From assembly GCA_019348115.1 (NCBI GenBank), contig JAHWKB010000001.1, positions 1 to 51,136 on the forward strand: a stretch of 51,136 nucleotides of DNA, in the 5' to 3' direction. Under the pieces are notes generated by a model, which saw nothing but the letters and a program-made list of their open reading frames with translations, had not been told where the DNA came from and did no database searches. Source of the DNA: Actinomycetota bacterium. Lineage in GTDB: Bacteria > Actinomycetota > Nitriliruptoria > Nitriliruptorales > Nitriliruptoraceae. The position numbers were made by a program, and so were the translations under genes. The number at the start of each line of letters is the position of its first letter. The stretch's first letter is position 1. Positions 25,380 to 35,010 of the stretch are shown here, one piece after another.

Positions 25380-25947
25380 GTGGAGCTGTCCGAGGTCGTC
25401 GCCCGCCGGCGCATGGTCCGCAACACCACGGACGAGCCGGTCGATCCCGCAGCGGTGCGGCGCATCCTCGACCTCGCCCGACGGGCGCCCTCGGCCGGGT
25501 TCAGCCAGGGCCAGCGCTTCGTCGTCGTGACCGAGGAGGCGACCCGCCGCCGCATCGCCGCACTCGCGGACGAGCCGGCGTACGTCGCGAAGGGGTTCGA
25601 CCCCTGGCTGTCCACCGCGCCGGTCCACGTCGTGCCGTGCGCGGACGAGCGCGCGTACCGGTCCCGCTACGCCGAGGACGACAAGCTCGGCGCGGACGCG
25701 GAGCTCTCCTGGCCGGTCCCCTACTGGCACGTCGACGCCGGCGCGTCGCTGATGCTGCTGCTGCTCGCCGTCGTCGAGGAGGGGCTGGCGGCCGGGTTCG
25801 CCGGCGTCCATCGCCTCGACGGGCTCGCGGAGCTCCTCGGCATCCCGGCGGGGGTCCACCCGCTGGGCGTGGTGACCATCGGCCACCCCGCCCCGGACCG
25901 CCGCAGCGGTTCCCTCGCCCGTGGCTGGCGCGACCTCGACGAGGTCG

Positions 25948-25976
<29 letters not shown>
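25380..25976 (+). CDS. nitroreductase-family protein
   Basis: ORF track, 198 aa, GTG start. Motifs are [41 protein letters not shown] and a C-terminal GVVTIGHPA. Its 3' end overlaps the 3' end of the convergent purQ by 29 nt. Confidence 0.75.
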
Positions 25977-26622
<646 letters not shown>

Positions 26623-26645
26623 GGCGATCCTCTCTCGTCCCGGGC

Positions 26646-27443
26646 TCAGCGGCCGGGACGGTAGCCGGCGTCCCCGAGCTGGGACAACGGGTCGTCGTCC
26701 GCGAGCACCTCGGCCGCGTCGGCGCAGCCGCGCGGCGGGTCGTCGCGGATGACCAGCTGCTCACACGCCCGGGCCTGCACCTCGAGCGCCCGCAGCTCGC
26801 CGGCGTCCGGAACCGGCGCGCCGGGCCAGTCGCCGGCGAGGTGGGTCAGCTCGTGGATGATGAACGGGGCCGCGAGCGTGGCGTCGTCGAACTGGAACTT
26901 GGCGTTGAGCTCGATCACGACCCGGCCGTCCTCGGCCCGGGCGGAGGAGTCGAGCCCGGTGACCTCGAACACCGCGAAGCGGAGCCGACCGTCCTGCTCC
27001 GCCCATCGGGCGAGCCCCTCCTCGGCCTCCGGGAAGCCCCCGCGCCCCAGGAGGGTGCACACCGCCCCGAGCGCCCGGACGCCCGCCGCCCGCGCCCCGT
27101 CGTCGCCGAAGATCTCGATGCCCTGGGCGCAGGCGGGGCCGGGCTCGGTGTCCGTGATCTCGTTGAGCACCGCGGTCCCGCGCTCGTGGGTGACCTCCGC
27201 CGTGCCGGGGGGCCGGCGCTCGGCCGCGGGCAGCTCCTCGCGGTCGAAGGACAGGAAGGCCCACGCGCTGACCGCCAGCCCGATGGGGACGAGGATGACC
27301 ATGACGATCGCGAACCAGCGCGCCAGGAGCGGCTCCCCGTCCGGCATCGCCGGCAGGCCGTCGCCGACCCCGCCGACGCCCCGCGCGTTCGCGTCCGGCG
27401 CTGCTCGACGTCCCAGGCGGTCGTCCCCGCCGCGGTCGCTCAC
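26646..27443 (-). CDS. membrane-anchored HExxH-motif protein (putative zinc metallopeptidase-like), unknown family
   Basis: This is the C-terminal part of the 627-aa track ORF. The preferred start is GTG 27441-27443, overlapping the purS stop (GTGA). An alternative is ATG 27345-27347 (MPDGEPLL...). It has one TM helix ([24 protein letters not shown]) and a ~190-aa outer domain with four Cys. The motif is [14 protein letters not shown], with a Glu (AGELRALE) ~19 residues downstream. Its stop lies 23 nt before the purQ ATG. Confidence 0.6.
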   Translation of the reverse strand: MSDRGGDDRLGRRAAPDANARGVGGVGDGLPAMPDGEPLLARWFAIVMVILVPIGLAVSAWAFLSFDREELPAAERRPPGTAEVTHERGTAVLNEITDTEPGPACAQGIEIFGDDGARAAGVRALGAVCTLLGRGGFPEAEEGLARWAEQDGRLRFAVFEVTGLDSSARAEDGRVVIELNAKFQFDDATLAAPFIIHELTHLAGDWPGAPVPDAGELRALEVQARACEQLVIRDDPPRGCADAAEVLADDDPLSQLGDAGYRPGR

Positions 27444-27703
27444 GCGTCGGCGCGCTCGTCGGCGGTGATCACGCGCCAGCGGTAGGCCTCGATGACGGGG
27501 TTCGTGAGGAAGTCCGCGCACATCTTCTCGACCCGCGCCGAGAGCTCCTCCCCTTCCGCATCGATGTCCAGCTCGAGGTGCTTGCCGACGCGCACGTCGG
27601 TCACGTCGGCGTAGCCGAGCCCGGGGAGCGCCCGCTCGACCGCTCGACCCTGGGGGTCGAGGATCTCGTGCTTCAACAGGACGTCGATGGCGACGCGCGG
27701 CAT
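27440..27703 (-). CDS. purS: phosphoribosylformylglycinamidine synthase subunit PurS
   Basis: ORF track, 87 aa: MPRVAIDVLLKHEILDPQGRAVERALPGLGY..VRVGKHLELD, a typical PurS. Confidence 0.9.
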   Translation of the reverse strand: MPRVAIDVLLKHEILDPQGRAVERALPGLGYADVTDVRVGKHLELDIDAEGEELSARVEKMCADFLTNPVIEAYRWRVITADERADA

Positions 27704-27878
27704 CCAGGGCTCCTGGGGCGGCGGACCGGAGGGGCGAGTCTAACCACCGGCCCTCCCACCCCCGGCCGTCGCCCGGCCGGCCCTCCCCCCGGGGCCGCCC
27801 GCGCCGCCCGCGGCGGTCCTCCACAGCTCCCGTGCGGTCCCGGTGGACGCCCGTCGCCGCGTCCGTAGCGTCCTCAAC

Positions 27879-28577
27879 ATGACGACGCTCCGGCTCCCGC
27901 CCCGCTCCCCCGCCGACCTCGACATGTGGTTCGCGACGAGCCCGCCGATCGACGTCGCCATCGGGCTCGTCCTCGCCGTGGCGGCCGCGCTCCTCGCGTA
28001 CGTGTCGGCGGTGGGCGTCCTCTACGGCCTCGCGCTGCTCCTCCGGGCGCCCCGGGCCGTGCGTGCGCTCGCCTCCGTGACGCCGGCGGGGGTCCGGGCC
28101 GTGGCGGAGCGGGCGGTCGCGGTCAGCCTGCTCACCGCGACCTGGGCCGCCCCGACCGCCGCCACCGCCGCCAGCGGGGGTGCCGACGTGCTGCCGCCCG
28201 GCCTCCGGGTGCCCGCGACCGAGGGAGTGGGTGCGGAACGCGCCCCGGCCCTCGAGCTCCCGACCGGACCGCGACCGGGACCCGCCCCTCCGGCCGAGCC
28301 CGTCCCGCAGGTGGCGCCCCCACGACGGGAGGTGCAGGCCGGACCGGCGCGGCCGTCCGTGACGGTCGCGCCCGGGGACCACCTCTGGGGCATCACGGCG
28401 CGTGCGGTGGCGGCCGCACGGGGCGTCGACGTCCGCGACGTGCCGGTCGGCGACGTCGCCGCGCACTGGGTCGACGTGGTCCGCGTCAACCGGCCCCACC
28501 TGCGCTCCGGCGACCCCGACGTGATCCACCCGGGCGAGACGGTCCGTCTGCCACCGACGGCGCGGACCGACCGCTAG
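27879..28577 (+). CDS. membrane protein with C-terminal LysM-like domain
   Basis: The track ORF starts at 27843; I prefer ATG 27879 (MTTLRLPP...). It has a TM segment (IDVAIGLVLAVAAALLAYVSAVGVLYGLALLL) and a Pro/Ala-rich linker. The C-terminal VTVAPGDHLWGITARAV...VNRPHLRSGDPDVIHPGETVRLP resembles an extended LysM. Confidence 0.55.
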   Translation: MTTLRLPPRSPADLDMWFATSPPIDVAIGLVLAVAAALLAYVSAVGVLYGLALLLRAPRAVRALASVTPAGVRAVAERAVAVSLLTATWAAPTAATAASGGADVLPPGLRVPATEGVGAERAPALELPTGPRPGPAPPAEPVPQVAPPRREVQAGPARPSVTVAPGDHLWGITARAVAAARGVDVRDVPVGDVAAHWVDVVRVNRPHLRSGDPDVIHPGETVRLPPTARTDR

Positions 28578-28583
28578 GTCGGC

Positions 28584-28961
28584 TCAGTTCCGTCCGGCGC
28601 CCTCGGGCGCCGCTGCGGTCCCCACCAGCACGGCCTCCAGGTCGGCGAGGCGGAACGGCTTGGTCAGGTACGGGAGGTCGTGCCGTGCGGCGATCGCCGC
28701 GACCGTGCGTGGCGGCAGGGCGCTCACGAGCACGACGTGCCGTGGTCGACCGAGGCCACGGTCGAGGAGGTTGAGGAGCCCGATGCCGTCCCGCCGCGGA
28801 AGGGACAGGTCGAGGAGCAGCAGGTCCGGACGCTTCGTGGCGAGCTCGAGGAGCGCCTCCTCGGCACTGGTCGCGACGCGGACCCCCCAGCCCTGCATCT
28901 CCATCACGAAGCGCAGGAACCGCTGCATCTCGGTGTCGTCGTCGACGACCAGCACGTCCAC
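28584..28961 (-). CDS. single-domain (CheY-like) response regulator
   Basis: GTG 28959-28961 is preceded by GGAGA plus a 7-nt spacer: VDVLVVDDDTEMQRF...PDLLLLDLSLPRRDG...VVLVSA...PYLTKPF. The acidic pocket, phospho-Asp, Ser and Lys are all present. The upstream part of the 394-aa track ORF is junk. Confidence 0.8.
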   Translation of the reverse strand: MDVLVVDDDTEMQRFLRFVMEMQGWGVRVATSAEEALLELATKRPDLLLLDLSLPRRDGIGLLNLLDRGLGRPRHVVLVSALPPRTVAAIAARHDLPYLTKPFRLADLEAVLVGTAAAPEGAGRN

Positions 28962-29038
28962 GGGATGGTCTCCTCTGGTCCACGTCCGGGCCACTCGACG
29001 GGGAGAACGACCCACGGGCGCCGGGGTGACGTCGGCGG

Positions 29039-30133
29039 TCACACCATCGCGGCCGAGGACATCCCGAGGTGGTCGCGCGTGAACGAGGCCAACTGCCGGA
29101 ACCACTCGCGCTTGTCCGGCAGGCCGATCCCCGTGCCCGCGAGGGCCGCCTGGGCGTTGTCGGTGAGGTAGTGGGTCGGGTGCGTGAAGTAGTCGACCGC
29201 GTCGGCCGGGATCTCGAGGAGCGGGAAGACCCCCGGGATGCGCTCGATGGCGAACTTCGCGAGCCCGAGGGGGAGCGGCACCTGCACGAGCCGCTTCCCG
29301 GACACCTCGGCCGACAGCTCGACGAGCTGTCCCACCGTCAACGGCTCCGGGTCCGCCAGCGCGTAGACCTCCCCGACCGTGTCGTCCCGGGCCGAGAGCT
29401 CGGTGATGGCATCGACGATGAAGTCGCGCGGCACGGTGTTGAAGCGGTAGCCGTCGGGGTCGCCCACCATCGGCATCACGGCGACGCGCGGCTGCTTCAG
29501 GAGCCAGCGGAGCAGGAAGTACGGCCCGTCGAGCTTCTGCGTCGCGCCGGTGCCGGAGTCCCCGGAGACGACCGACGGGCGGTAGATCGTCGCAGGGAGG
29601 CCGGCGGCCATCCGCGCCTGGACCTCGACCTCCGCGAGGTACTTCGTCTCCTCGTAGAAGTTGTTGAACCGCTGCCCCTTCACGAGGTCGGTCTCGCGGA
29701 ACACGCCCGTGTAGCGGCCGCTCACGTAGCACGTGGAGACGTACTGGAGCCGCGCCAGCCGGTCGCACGCGCCGGCGAGATCGAGCACGTGGATGGTGCC
29801 GTGGACGTTGACGGACTCCGCCAGCGCCCGCGGCACCGAGAGGTCGTAGACGGCGGCCAGGTGGAAGATCTCCGTCGTCGTGCGGGCGACCCCGTCGTAC
29901 GCGTCGCCCAGCCCCAGGTCCGGCTGGACGATGTCACCCTCGACGATGTCGATGCGTCCGGCGAGCGTCGGGTCGCGGGCCACGAGCTCGTCGGCCCGCT
30001 CCCGGGCGAGACCAGCGAACTTCGCCTGGACGAGGCAGATGGCGGTCGCGTCCGTCGATCGGGCCAGCACCCGCGGCAGCAGCTCCGAGCCGAGGAAGCC
30101 CGGGAAGCCGGTGAAGAGGATCGTGTCGGCCAT
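29039..30133 (-). CDS. SDR-superfamily NAD-binding reductase (fatty acyl-CoA/thioester reductase-like, NAD_binding_4 type)
   Basis: ORF track, 364 aa. Motifs are MADTILFTGFPGFLGSELL (TGxxGxxG) and YxxxK in NFYEETKYLAE. Its ATG shares a base with the stop of the upstream aldehyde dehydrogenase (TGATG at 30131-30135). Confidence 0.7.
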   Translation of the reverse strand: MADTILFTGFPGFLGSELLPRVLARSTDATAICLVQAKFAGLARERADELVARDPTLAGRIDIVEGDIVQPDLGLGDAYDGVARTTTEIFHLAAVYDLSVPRALAESVNVHGTIHVLDLAGACDRLARLQYVSTCYVSGRYTGVFRETDLVKGQRFNNFYEETKYLAEVEVQARMAAGLPATIYRPSVVSGDSGTGATQKLDGPYFLLRWLLKQPRVAVMPMVGDPDGYRFNTVPRDFIVDAITELSARDDTVGEVYALADPEPLTVGQLVELSAEVSGKRLVQVPLPLGLAKFAIERIPGVFPLLEIPADAVDYFTHPTHYLTDNAQAALAGTGIGLPDKREWFRQLASFTRDHLGMSSAAMV

Positions 30134-31746
30134 CAGGCGCGCCGGAGACCGGGGATGGCGTGCATCAGCTTCAACGCCGCGGTCAACGTCCTCGCGTTGC
30201 GGTCCTGCGACAACCCGGGGATGCGCGAGACCGGCACGAACCGCTGCACGGCCACCGTCTGGACCTCGGTGTACTTGGTGATGCCCTCACGACCGTGTCG
30301 ACGTCCGAGCCCGGAGTCCTTGAAGCCGCCCATCGGTGCGTCGACGGACGCCCACGCGGCCGCGTAGGCCTCGTTGACGTTGACGGTGCCGACCTCGAGA
30401 CGTGCCGCCACCTCGCGGCCCCGTCGGGTGTCGCCGGTCCACACGCTCGCGTTCAGCCCGTAGGGGCTGTCGTTGGCGCGCTCGACCGCGTCGTCGACGT
30501 CGGTGAACCGGGAGATGGTGACGACGGGCCCGAACGTCTCGTCGGCGAAGAGCCTCATGTCCTCGGTCACGTCGGCCAGGACGGTCGGGGCGTAGAAGAG
30601 CGGTCCGACGTCGAGGCGCCGTCGCCCACCCGTGAGGATGGTGGCGCCCTTGGCCCGGGCGTCGTCGACGTGCTGCTCGACGGTCTCGAGCTGGGACCGG
30701 GACGCCAGCGACCCGAGCTCGCCGCCGTAGGCGAGCGACGCCGACAGGACGAGATCCTCGACGGCGGCGACGAAGCGTGCGGTGAACTCGTCCGCGATCG
30801 CCTCCGCGACGAAGAGCCGCTCGATCGAGATGCACAGCTGTCCGGCACTCGCGAAGCAGCCCGCGACCGCGCCCTGGACCGCGTCATCGACGTCGGCGTC
30901 GTCCAGCACCAGCATCGCGTTCTTGCCACCGAGCTCCAGCGAGCAGCCGATCAGGCGCCGGCCCGCCTGCTCGCCGACGCTCCGGCCGACCTCGGTCGAC
31001 CCGGTGAAGGTGATGAAGTCGACCGCGTCGATCATCGGGGTCCCGAGGACCGATCCCCGTCCCGTGACGACCTGCAGCAGCCCCTCGGGGAGCCCGGCCT
31101 CGTAGGCCATGTCGACCGCCCACAGCGCGGTGAACGGCGTGGTCTGGGCCGGCTTCAGCACCGCGCCGTTGCCGGCGAGGAGGGCGGGCAGGACGTCGGT
31201 GATGGCCATCGACAGCGGGTAGTTCCACGGCGCGATGAACCCGACGACGCCCTTGGGGTGGCGCAGCTCGCGGGTGCGGGTCAGGCCGGGGAGGGCGCCC
31301 TCACGACGCCTCGGAGCGAGGTGGCCCGGCCCGGTGCGGGCGTAGTACGCGGCGACGATGGCCGCGTCGGCGACCTCCTCGAAGGCGTGCGCCCGGACCT
31401 TCCCCGCCTCGAGCTGGATGAGGTCGAGCGCCTCCTCCTGCCGCTCGAGCACGAGGTCGTGGTAGCGCCGGAGGACCTCGGCCCGGGTGCGGACCGGTGT
31501 CCGTGCCCAGGCGCGCTGGGCGCTGCGGGCGCGACGGACCGCCTCGGCGACGTCCTCGGCGGTGCAGGAGGGGACCGACCCGAGGACCTCCTCGGTGAAG
31601 GGCGCCGTCACCTCGATCGGATCCCGGTCGCCGACGGTCGTGACCCGGGCGAGCAGCCGGTCGAGCACCTGCGGCGGGAGCGGCGGGACGCTGGGCGAGG
31701 ACGTCACGGGACGGTCGGACGCGAGCTGGGCGCTGGACGTGGCCAC
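30133..31746 (-). CDS. NAD(P)-dependent aldehyde dehydrogenase (GabD2-like succinate-semialdehyde dehydrogenase family)
   Basis: The track ORF extends to 31803. I prefer GTG 31744-31746 (VATSSAQLASD...), preceded by GGAGG plus a 5-nt spacer. Motifs are FIAPWNYP, LELGGKNA, and the catalytic FASAGQLCISIERL. The long C-terminal tail fits what I recall for mycobacterial GabD2. Confidence 0.85.
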   Translation of the reverse strand: MATSSAQLASDRPVTSSPSVPPLPPQVLDRLLARVTTVGDRDPIEVTAPFTEEVLGSVPSCTAEDVAEAVRRARSAQRAWARTPVRTRAEVLRRYHDLVLERQEEALDLIQLEAGKVRAHAFEEVADAAIVAAYYARTGPGHLAPRRREGALPGLTRTRELRHPKGVVGFIAPWNYPLSMAITDVLPALLAGNGAVLKPAQTTPFTALWAVDMAYEAGLPEGLLQVVTGRGSVLGTPMIDAVDFITFTGSTEVGRSVGEQAGRRLIGCSLELGGKNAMLVLDDADVDDAVQGAVAGCFASAGQLCISIERLFVAEAIADEFTARFVAAVEDLVLSASLAYGGELGSLASRSQLETVEQHVDDARAKGATILTGGRRRLDVGPLFYAPTVLADVTEDMRLFADETFGPVVTISRFTDVDDAVERANDSPYGLNASVWTGDTRRGREVAARLEVGTVNVNEAYAAAWASVDAPMGGFKDSGLGRRHGREGITKYTEVQTVAVQRFVPVSRIPGLSQDRNARTLTAALKLMHAIPGLRRA

Positions 31747-31792
31747 GGGAACCTCCGTCGTCGACGCGGTCCGGGACGCTCGCCGGGGCCGC

Positions 31793-31813
31793 TTGTTGAC
31801 CATCGATCAACAA
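31793..31813. promoter_or_regulatory. AT-rich inverted repeat TTGTTGA-N7-TCAACAA in the aldehyde dehydrogenase / PBP divergent region
   Basis: Read directly. Arms are perfect 7 bp and the spacer ccatcga creates an ATCGAT core. The local sequence gcttgttgaccatcgatcaacaacaacc is the most AT-rich stretch of this intergenic region. It lies 47-67 nt upstream of the preferred GTG. Confidence 0.4.
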
Positions 31814-31926
31814 CAACCTACCCATCGCGTGCGCGACGGCGCGGCCCCGTCCGGACGGGTGGTCCGCTGCCGCGGACTAGGCCGAGCGTCCGCGGTCGAC
31901 CCGCCCGGCCGCTGGTGTGACCCGCG

Positions 31927-34287
31927 ATGGTGCGGACGACGAGCCACCCGACCTGCCCGGATGACGCCTTGCGCACGCCCACCGCGCCACCCGTGGCCCC
32001 CGAGGACCGACCGGACGGGACCCCGCGGCCGTCCCGCGACCGTCCCTGGTACGGCCACCCCCTGCTGCTCGCCCTCGCCGGCGCGTTCGTGCTCGTCGTC
32101 GCCGTCGTCGGCGTCGCGTTCGGGAGCATCTACGCCGGTGCGGACATCCCCGCACCGCACGAGCTCGCGCTCCCGGAGCCGTCGGTGGTCTACGACGCGA
32201 CCGGGCAGGAGGTCGCGACGCTCGACCCGGGAGCGATCGAGGCCAACGTGGCGCTCGAGGACCTGCCGCCGCACGTGCCGCAGGCGGTCCTCGCGGCCGA
32301 GGACCGCGACTTCCACGACCACGGCGGCTTCAGCACGACCGGCATCCTGCGCGCCGCGTGGGCGAACCTGACGTCGGGTGAGGTGGTGCAGGGCGCCTCG
32401 ACGATCGACCAGCAGTACGTCTCGCTGGCCATCGCCGAGATCGACGACAGCTTCGTCGGCAAGTTCCGCGAGGTGGCCGTGGCGGCGAAGCTCGACGACG
32501 AGCTGTCCAAGGACCGCATCCTCGAGATGTACCTGAACGCCGTCCCGTACGGCCGCGGGGTCCGGGGCGTCGAGGCCGCCGCGCGGACGTACTTCGACAA
32601 GAGCGCCGTCGAGATCGACGTCAACGAGGCCGCGACGCTCGCCGGCATCATCGCCGCACCGTCCGCGTACGACCCCGAGCGCAACCCGGAGGACGCCAGG
32701 GCGCGGCGGGACTACGTCCTGCGCGGCATGGTGGAGACCGGCGCCCTGGAGGCCGCGGAGGCCGAGCAGCTGATCGCCTCCCCCCTGCCCGAGACGCGCG
32801 ACGACCCGCTCGTGCAGCACGGTGACGACGCCTACTTCCTCGACGCCGTCCGTGACGCGGTCCCCGAGCTCCTCGAGGACCCGTCGGTCGACCCGTTCTC
32901 CGATCTCGCGATCCACACCACGCTCGACCGCCGCCTCCAGAAGGAGGCCGTCGACGCGCTCCGCGAGCAGCTCGCGGAGACCGAGCACAGCGGTGCGCTC
33001 GTGACCGTGTCCCCGGGGAACGGCGCCGTCCGCGCTGCGGTCGGCGGCCTCGACTTCGCCACACAGGAGTTCAACGTCGCGGTCGAGGGCAGCCGCCAGG
33101 CCGGCTCGTCGTTCAAGCCGTTCGCCCTCGCGGCCTTCGTGGAGGACGGCGGCTCGCCGCAGTCACCGGTCCACGCCCCGCGCGTGCTCGACGTCCCCGA
33201 CGGCGCCGGGGGCGAGGCCGAGATCCACAACTACACCCAGCGCGGCTACGGGACGATCTCGCTCCACCAGGCGACGGTGCTGTCCGCCAACACGGCCTAC
33301 GTCAACCTCGCGACCGAGCTGGGCTACGACCGCGTCGCCGGGATGGCGTACGACCTCGGGATCGAGAGCGAGCTGCCGGAGGTGCCCACGACGGTGCTGG
33401 GCACCGGCGGCGTCAACCCGATGGAGATGGCGTCGGCCTACGCGACGCTCGCCGCCAACGGCGTGCACCACGAGGCACACATCGTCACCCGGATCGAGAC
33501 GCTCGACGGGGAGGTGCTCTACGAGCACGAGATCGCGGGCGAGACCGTCCTGCAGCAGAACACGGCTGCCGTGGTGACCGATGTCCTGGTCGACGTGGTC
33601 CGCTCCGGCACCGGGACCGCCGCGGCCATCGACCGGCCCGCGGCCGGCAAGACCGGCACCACCAACGACTACCGCGACGCCTGGTTCGTGGGCTACACGC
33701 CCGACCTCGCGACCGCCGTGTGGGTCGGGAACCTCGACAACTCCCCGATGGACCGCGTGACCGGCGGCAGCTACCCGGCGCTCGCGTGGTCGGCCTTCAT
33801 GTCGGCGGCGCTCACGGACGTCGAGCCGTCCGAGTTCCCCGAGCCGGACCTGAGCGAGCTCGAGATCGAGACCATCGACGGGATCACGCAGGCCCGGGCC
33901 GAGGACGACGACGAGCCGACCACGGAGCCCGAACCCTCCCCGGCGCCCGAGCCGACGACGTCCGAGACGGGGACCACCGGCGCGTCGCCGACGCCGGAGC
34001 CGGAGGAGACGTCGACGGGTGGCACGACGCCGGAGGAGACGCCGTCCGAGACGTCGGGGCCGACCCAGGAGCCCACGCAGGAGCCGACGCAGGAGCCGTC
34101 CTCCGAGGAGGAGGGCCTCCTGGAGCCCGGCGGCGGCGACGGCTCGAGCGAGCCGTCCCCCAGCGAGGGCTCCACGAGCGACGGGTCGGCGAACGACACG
34201 CAGCAGACGTCGACCGACGACAGCTCTTCCAGCGACAGCTCGACGAGCGAGGCATCGCCGTCGCCGTCGCCGTCGCCGACCGGCTGA
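31927..34287 (+). CDS. class A penicillin-binding protein (glycosyltransferase GT51 + transpeptidase) with long acidic Ser/Thr/Pro/Glu tail
   Basis: ORF track, 786 aa. It has a TM anchor (LLLALAGAFVLVVAVVGVAF). GT51 motifs are EDRDFHDHGG and GASTIDQQY. Transpeptidase motifs are SSFKP (SxxK), SAN (SxN), and KTGT. The last ~130 aa are low complexity. Confidence 0.9.
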   Translation: MVRTTSHPTCPDDALRTPTAPPVAPEDRPDGTPRPSRDRPWYGHPLLLALAGAFVLVVAVVGVAFGSIYAGADIPAPHELALPEPSVVYDATGQEVATLDPGAIEANVALEDLPPHVPQAVLAAEDRDFHDHGGFSTTGILRAAWANLTSGEVVQGASTIDQQYVSLAIAEIDDSFVGKFREVAVAAKLDDELSKDRILEMYLNAVPYGRGVRGVEAAARTYFDKSAVEIDVNEAATLAGIIAAPSAYDPERNPEDARARRDYVLRGMVETGALEAAEAEQLIASPLPETRDDPLVQHGDDAYFLDAVRDAVPELLEDPSVDPFSDLAIHTTLDRRLQKEAVDALREQLAETEHSGALVTVSPGNGAVRAAVGGLDFATQEFNVAVEGSRQAGSSFKPFALAAFVEDGGSPQSPVHAPRVLDVPDGAGGEAEIHNYTQRGYGTISLHQATVLSANTAYVNLATELGYDRVAGMAYDLGIESELPEVPTTVLGTGGVNPMEMASAYATLAANGVHHEAHIVTRIETLDGEVLYEHEIAGETVLQQNTAAVVTDVLVDVVRSGTGTAAAIDRPAAGKTGTTNDYRDAWFVGYTPDLATAVWVGNLDNSPMDRVTGGSYPALAWSAFMSAALTDVEPSEFPEPDLSELEIETIDGITQARAEDDDEPTTEPEPSPAPEPTTSETGTTGASPTPEPEETSTGGTTPEETPSETSGPTQEPTQEPTQEPSSEEEGLLEPGGGDGSSEPSPSEGSTSDGSANDTQQTSTDDSSSSDSSTSEASPSPSPSPTG
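34060..34095 (+). repeat. 3 x 12-nt in-frame tandem repeat encoding (PTQE)3
   Basis: ccgacccaggag / cccacgcaggag / ccgacgcaggag, codon-aligned within the PBP tail. Confidence 0.9.
34255..34278 (+). repeat. (TCGCCG)4 hexanucleotide repeat encoding (SP)4 at the PBP C-terminus
   Basis: Four perfect copies of tcgccg, read directly, ending 9 nt before the stop codon. Confidence 0.9.
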
Positions 34288-34392
34288 GGCGGGCGCACGG
34301 AGCGGACGTTCGGAACTCCCGTCCCGCCGGGCCGCGTTGGACCTCCGACCGCGGCACACTGCCGCCGCGTCCCGCTCCCTCCCGAGGTCCCC

Positions 34393-35010
34393 GTGCCCCT
34401 CCGCCCGCCGAGCCTCGCGCTCGGCCTCGTCGCCTGCGCGGCCGTCCTGGCCGCCGGCTGCGCGGACCGCTCCGTGGCACTTCCGGTCGCGAGCCCGTCG
34501 CCGGTCGCTGATGCCGTCGCGCCCTCACCCGCCCCCAGCCCGACGCCCGCCCCCCCGGCGCGGGTCGACGGGACGGTCCGCCTGACCGCCGTGCACCTCG
34601 AGGCGGCCGGCCAGCTCCTGCACCCCCGCGGGTCCGGGGCCGACCTGCCACCGCCCGTCGACGAGGTCGCGGTCCACGCCTTCGTCGGCGACGTCGACCG
34701 CTGGCTCGACGCGCGACTCACGGCCCTCCAGCAGGGTGGCGTCCCGGCCCTCCCCGGGCACCTCGATCCGGCCACGTCGCCCGAGGCGGTGGCCGCGGTC
34801 ACGACCGACCTCACCAGCCCGGCCGCGCCGGTGTCGCTCGCCACCTACGACATCGAGGTCGCCGTCGACGGCGACCCGCGCTGGGGCCACGTCACGGTCA
34901 CCGTCGGGCGGACCGACGGCACCACCGCCCGTGCGGACTTCGTGTTCGTGCCCGGGGCGGACGGGCCCGTGCTCATCGCCGCGGGGCCGACCGGGGAGGT
35001 GCAGCCGTGA
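34393..35010 (+). CDS. lipoprotein, hypothetical
   Basis: Track ORF, 205 aa, GTG start. The signal plus lipobox is LALGLVACAAVLAAGC, followed by a Pro/Ser/Ala linker. Its stop overlaps the GTG of the LCP gene (GTGA at 35007-35010). Confidence 0.65.
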   Translation: MPLRPPSLALGLVACAAVLAAGCADRSVALPVASPSPVADAVAPSPAPSPTPAPPARVDGTVRLTAVHLEAAGQLLHPRGSGADLPPPVDEVAVHAFVGDVDRWLDARLTALQQGGVPALPGHLDPATSPEAVAAVTTDLTSPAAPVSLATYDIEVAVDGDPRWGHVTVTVGRTDGTTARADFVFVPGADGPVLIAAGPTGEVQP

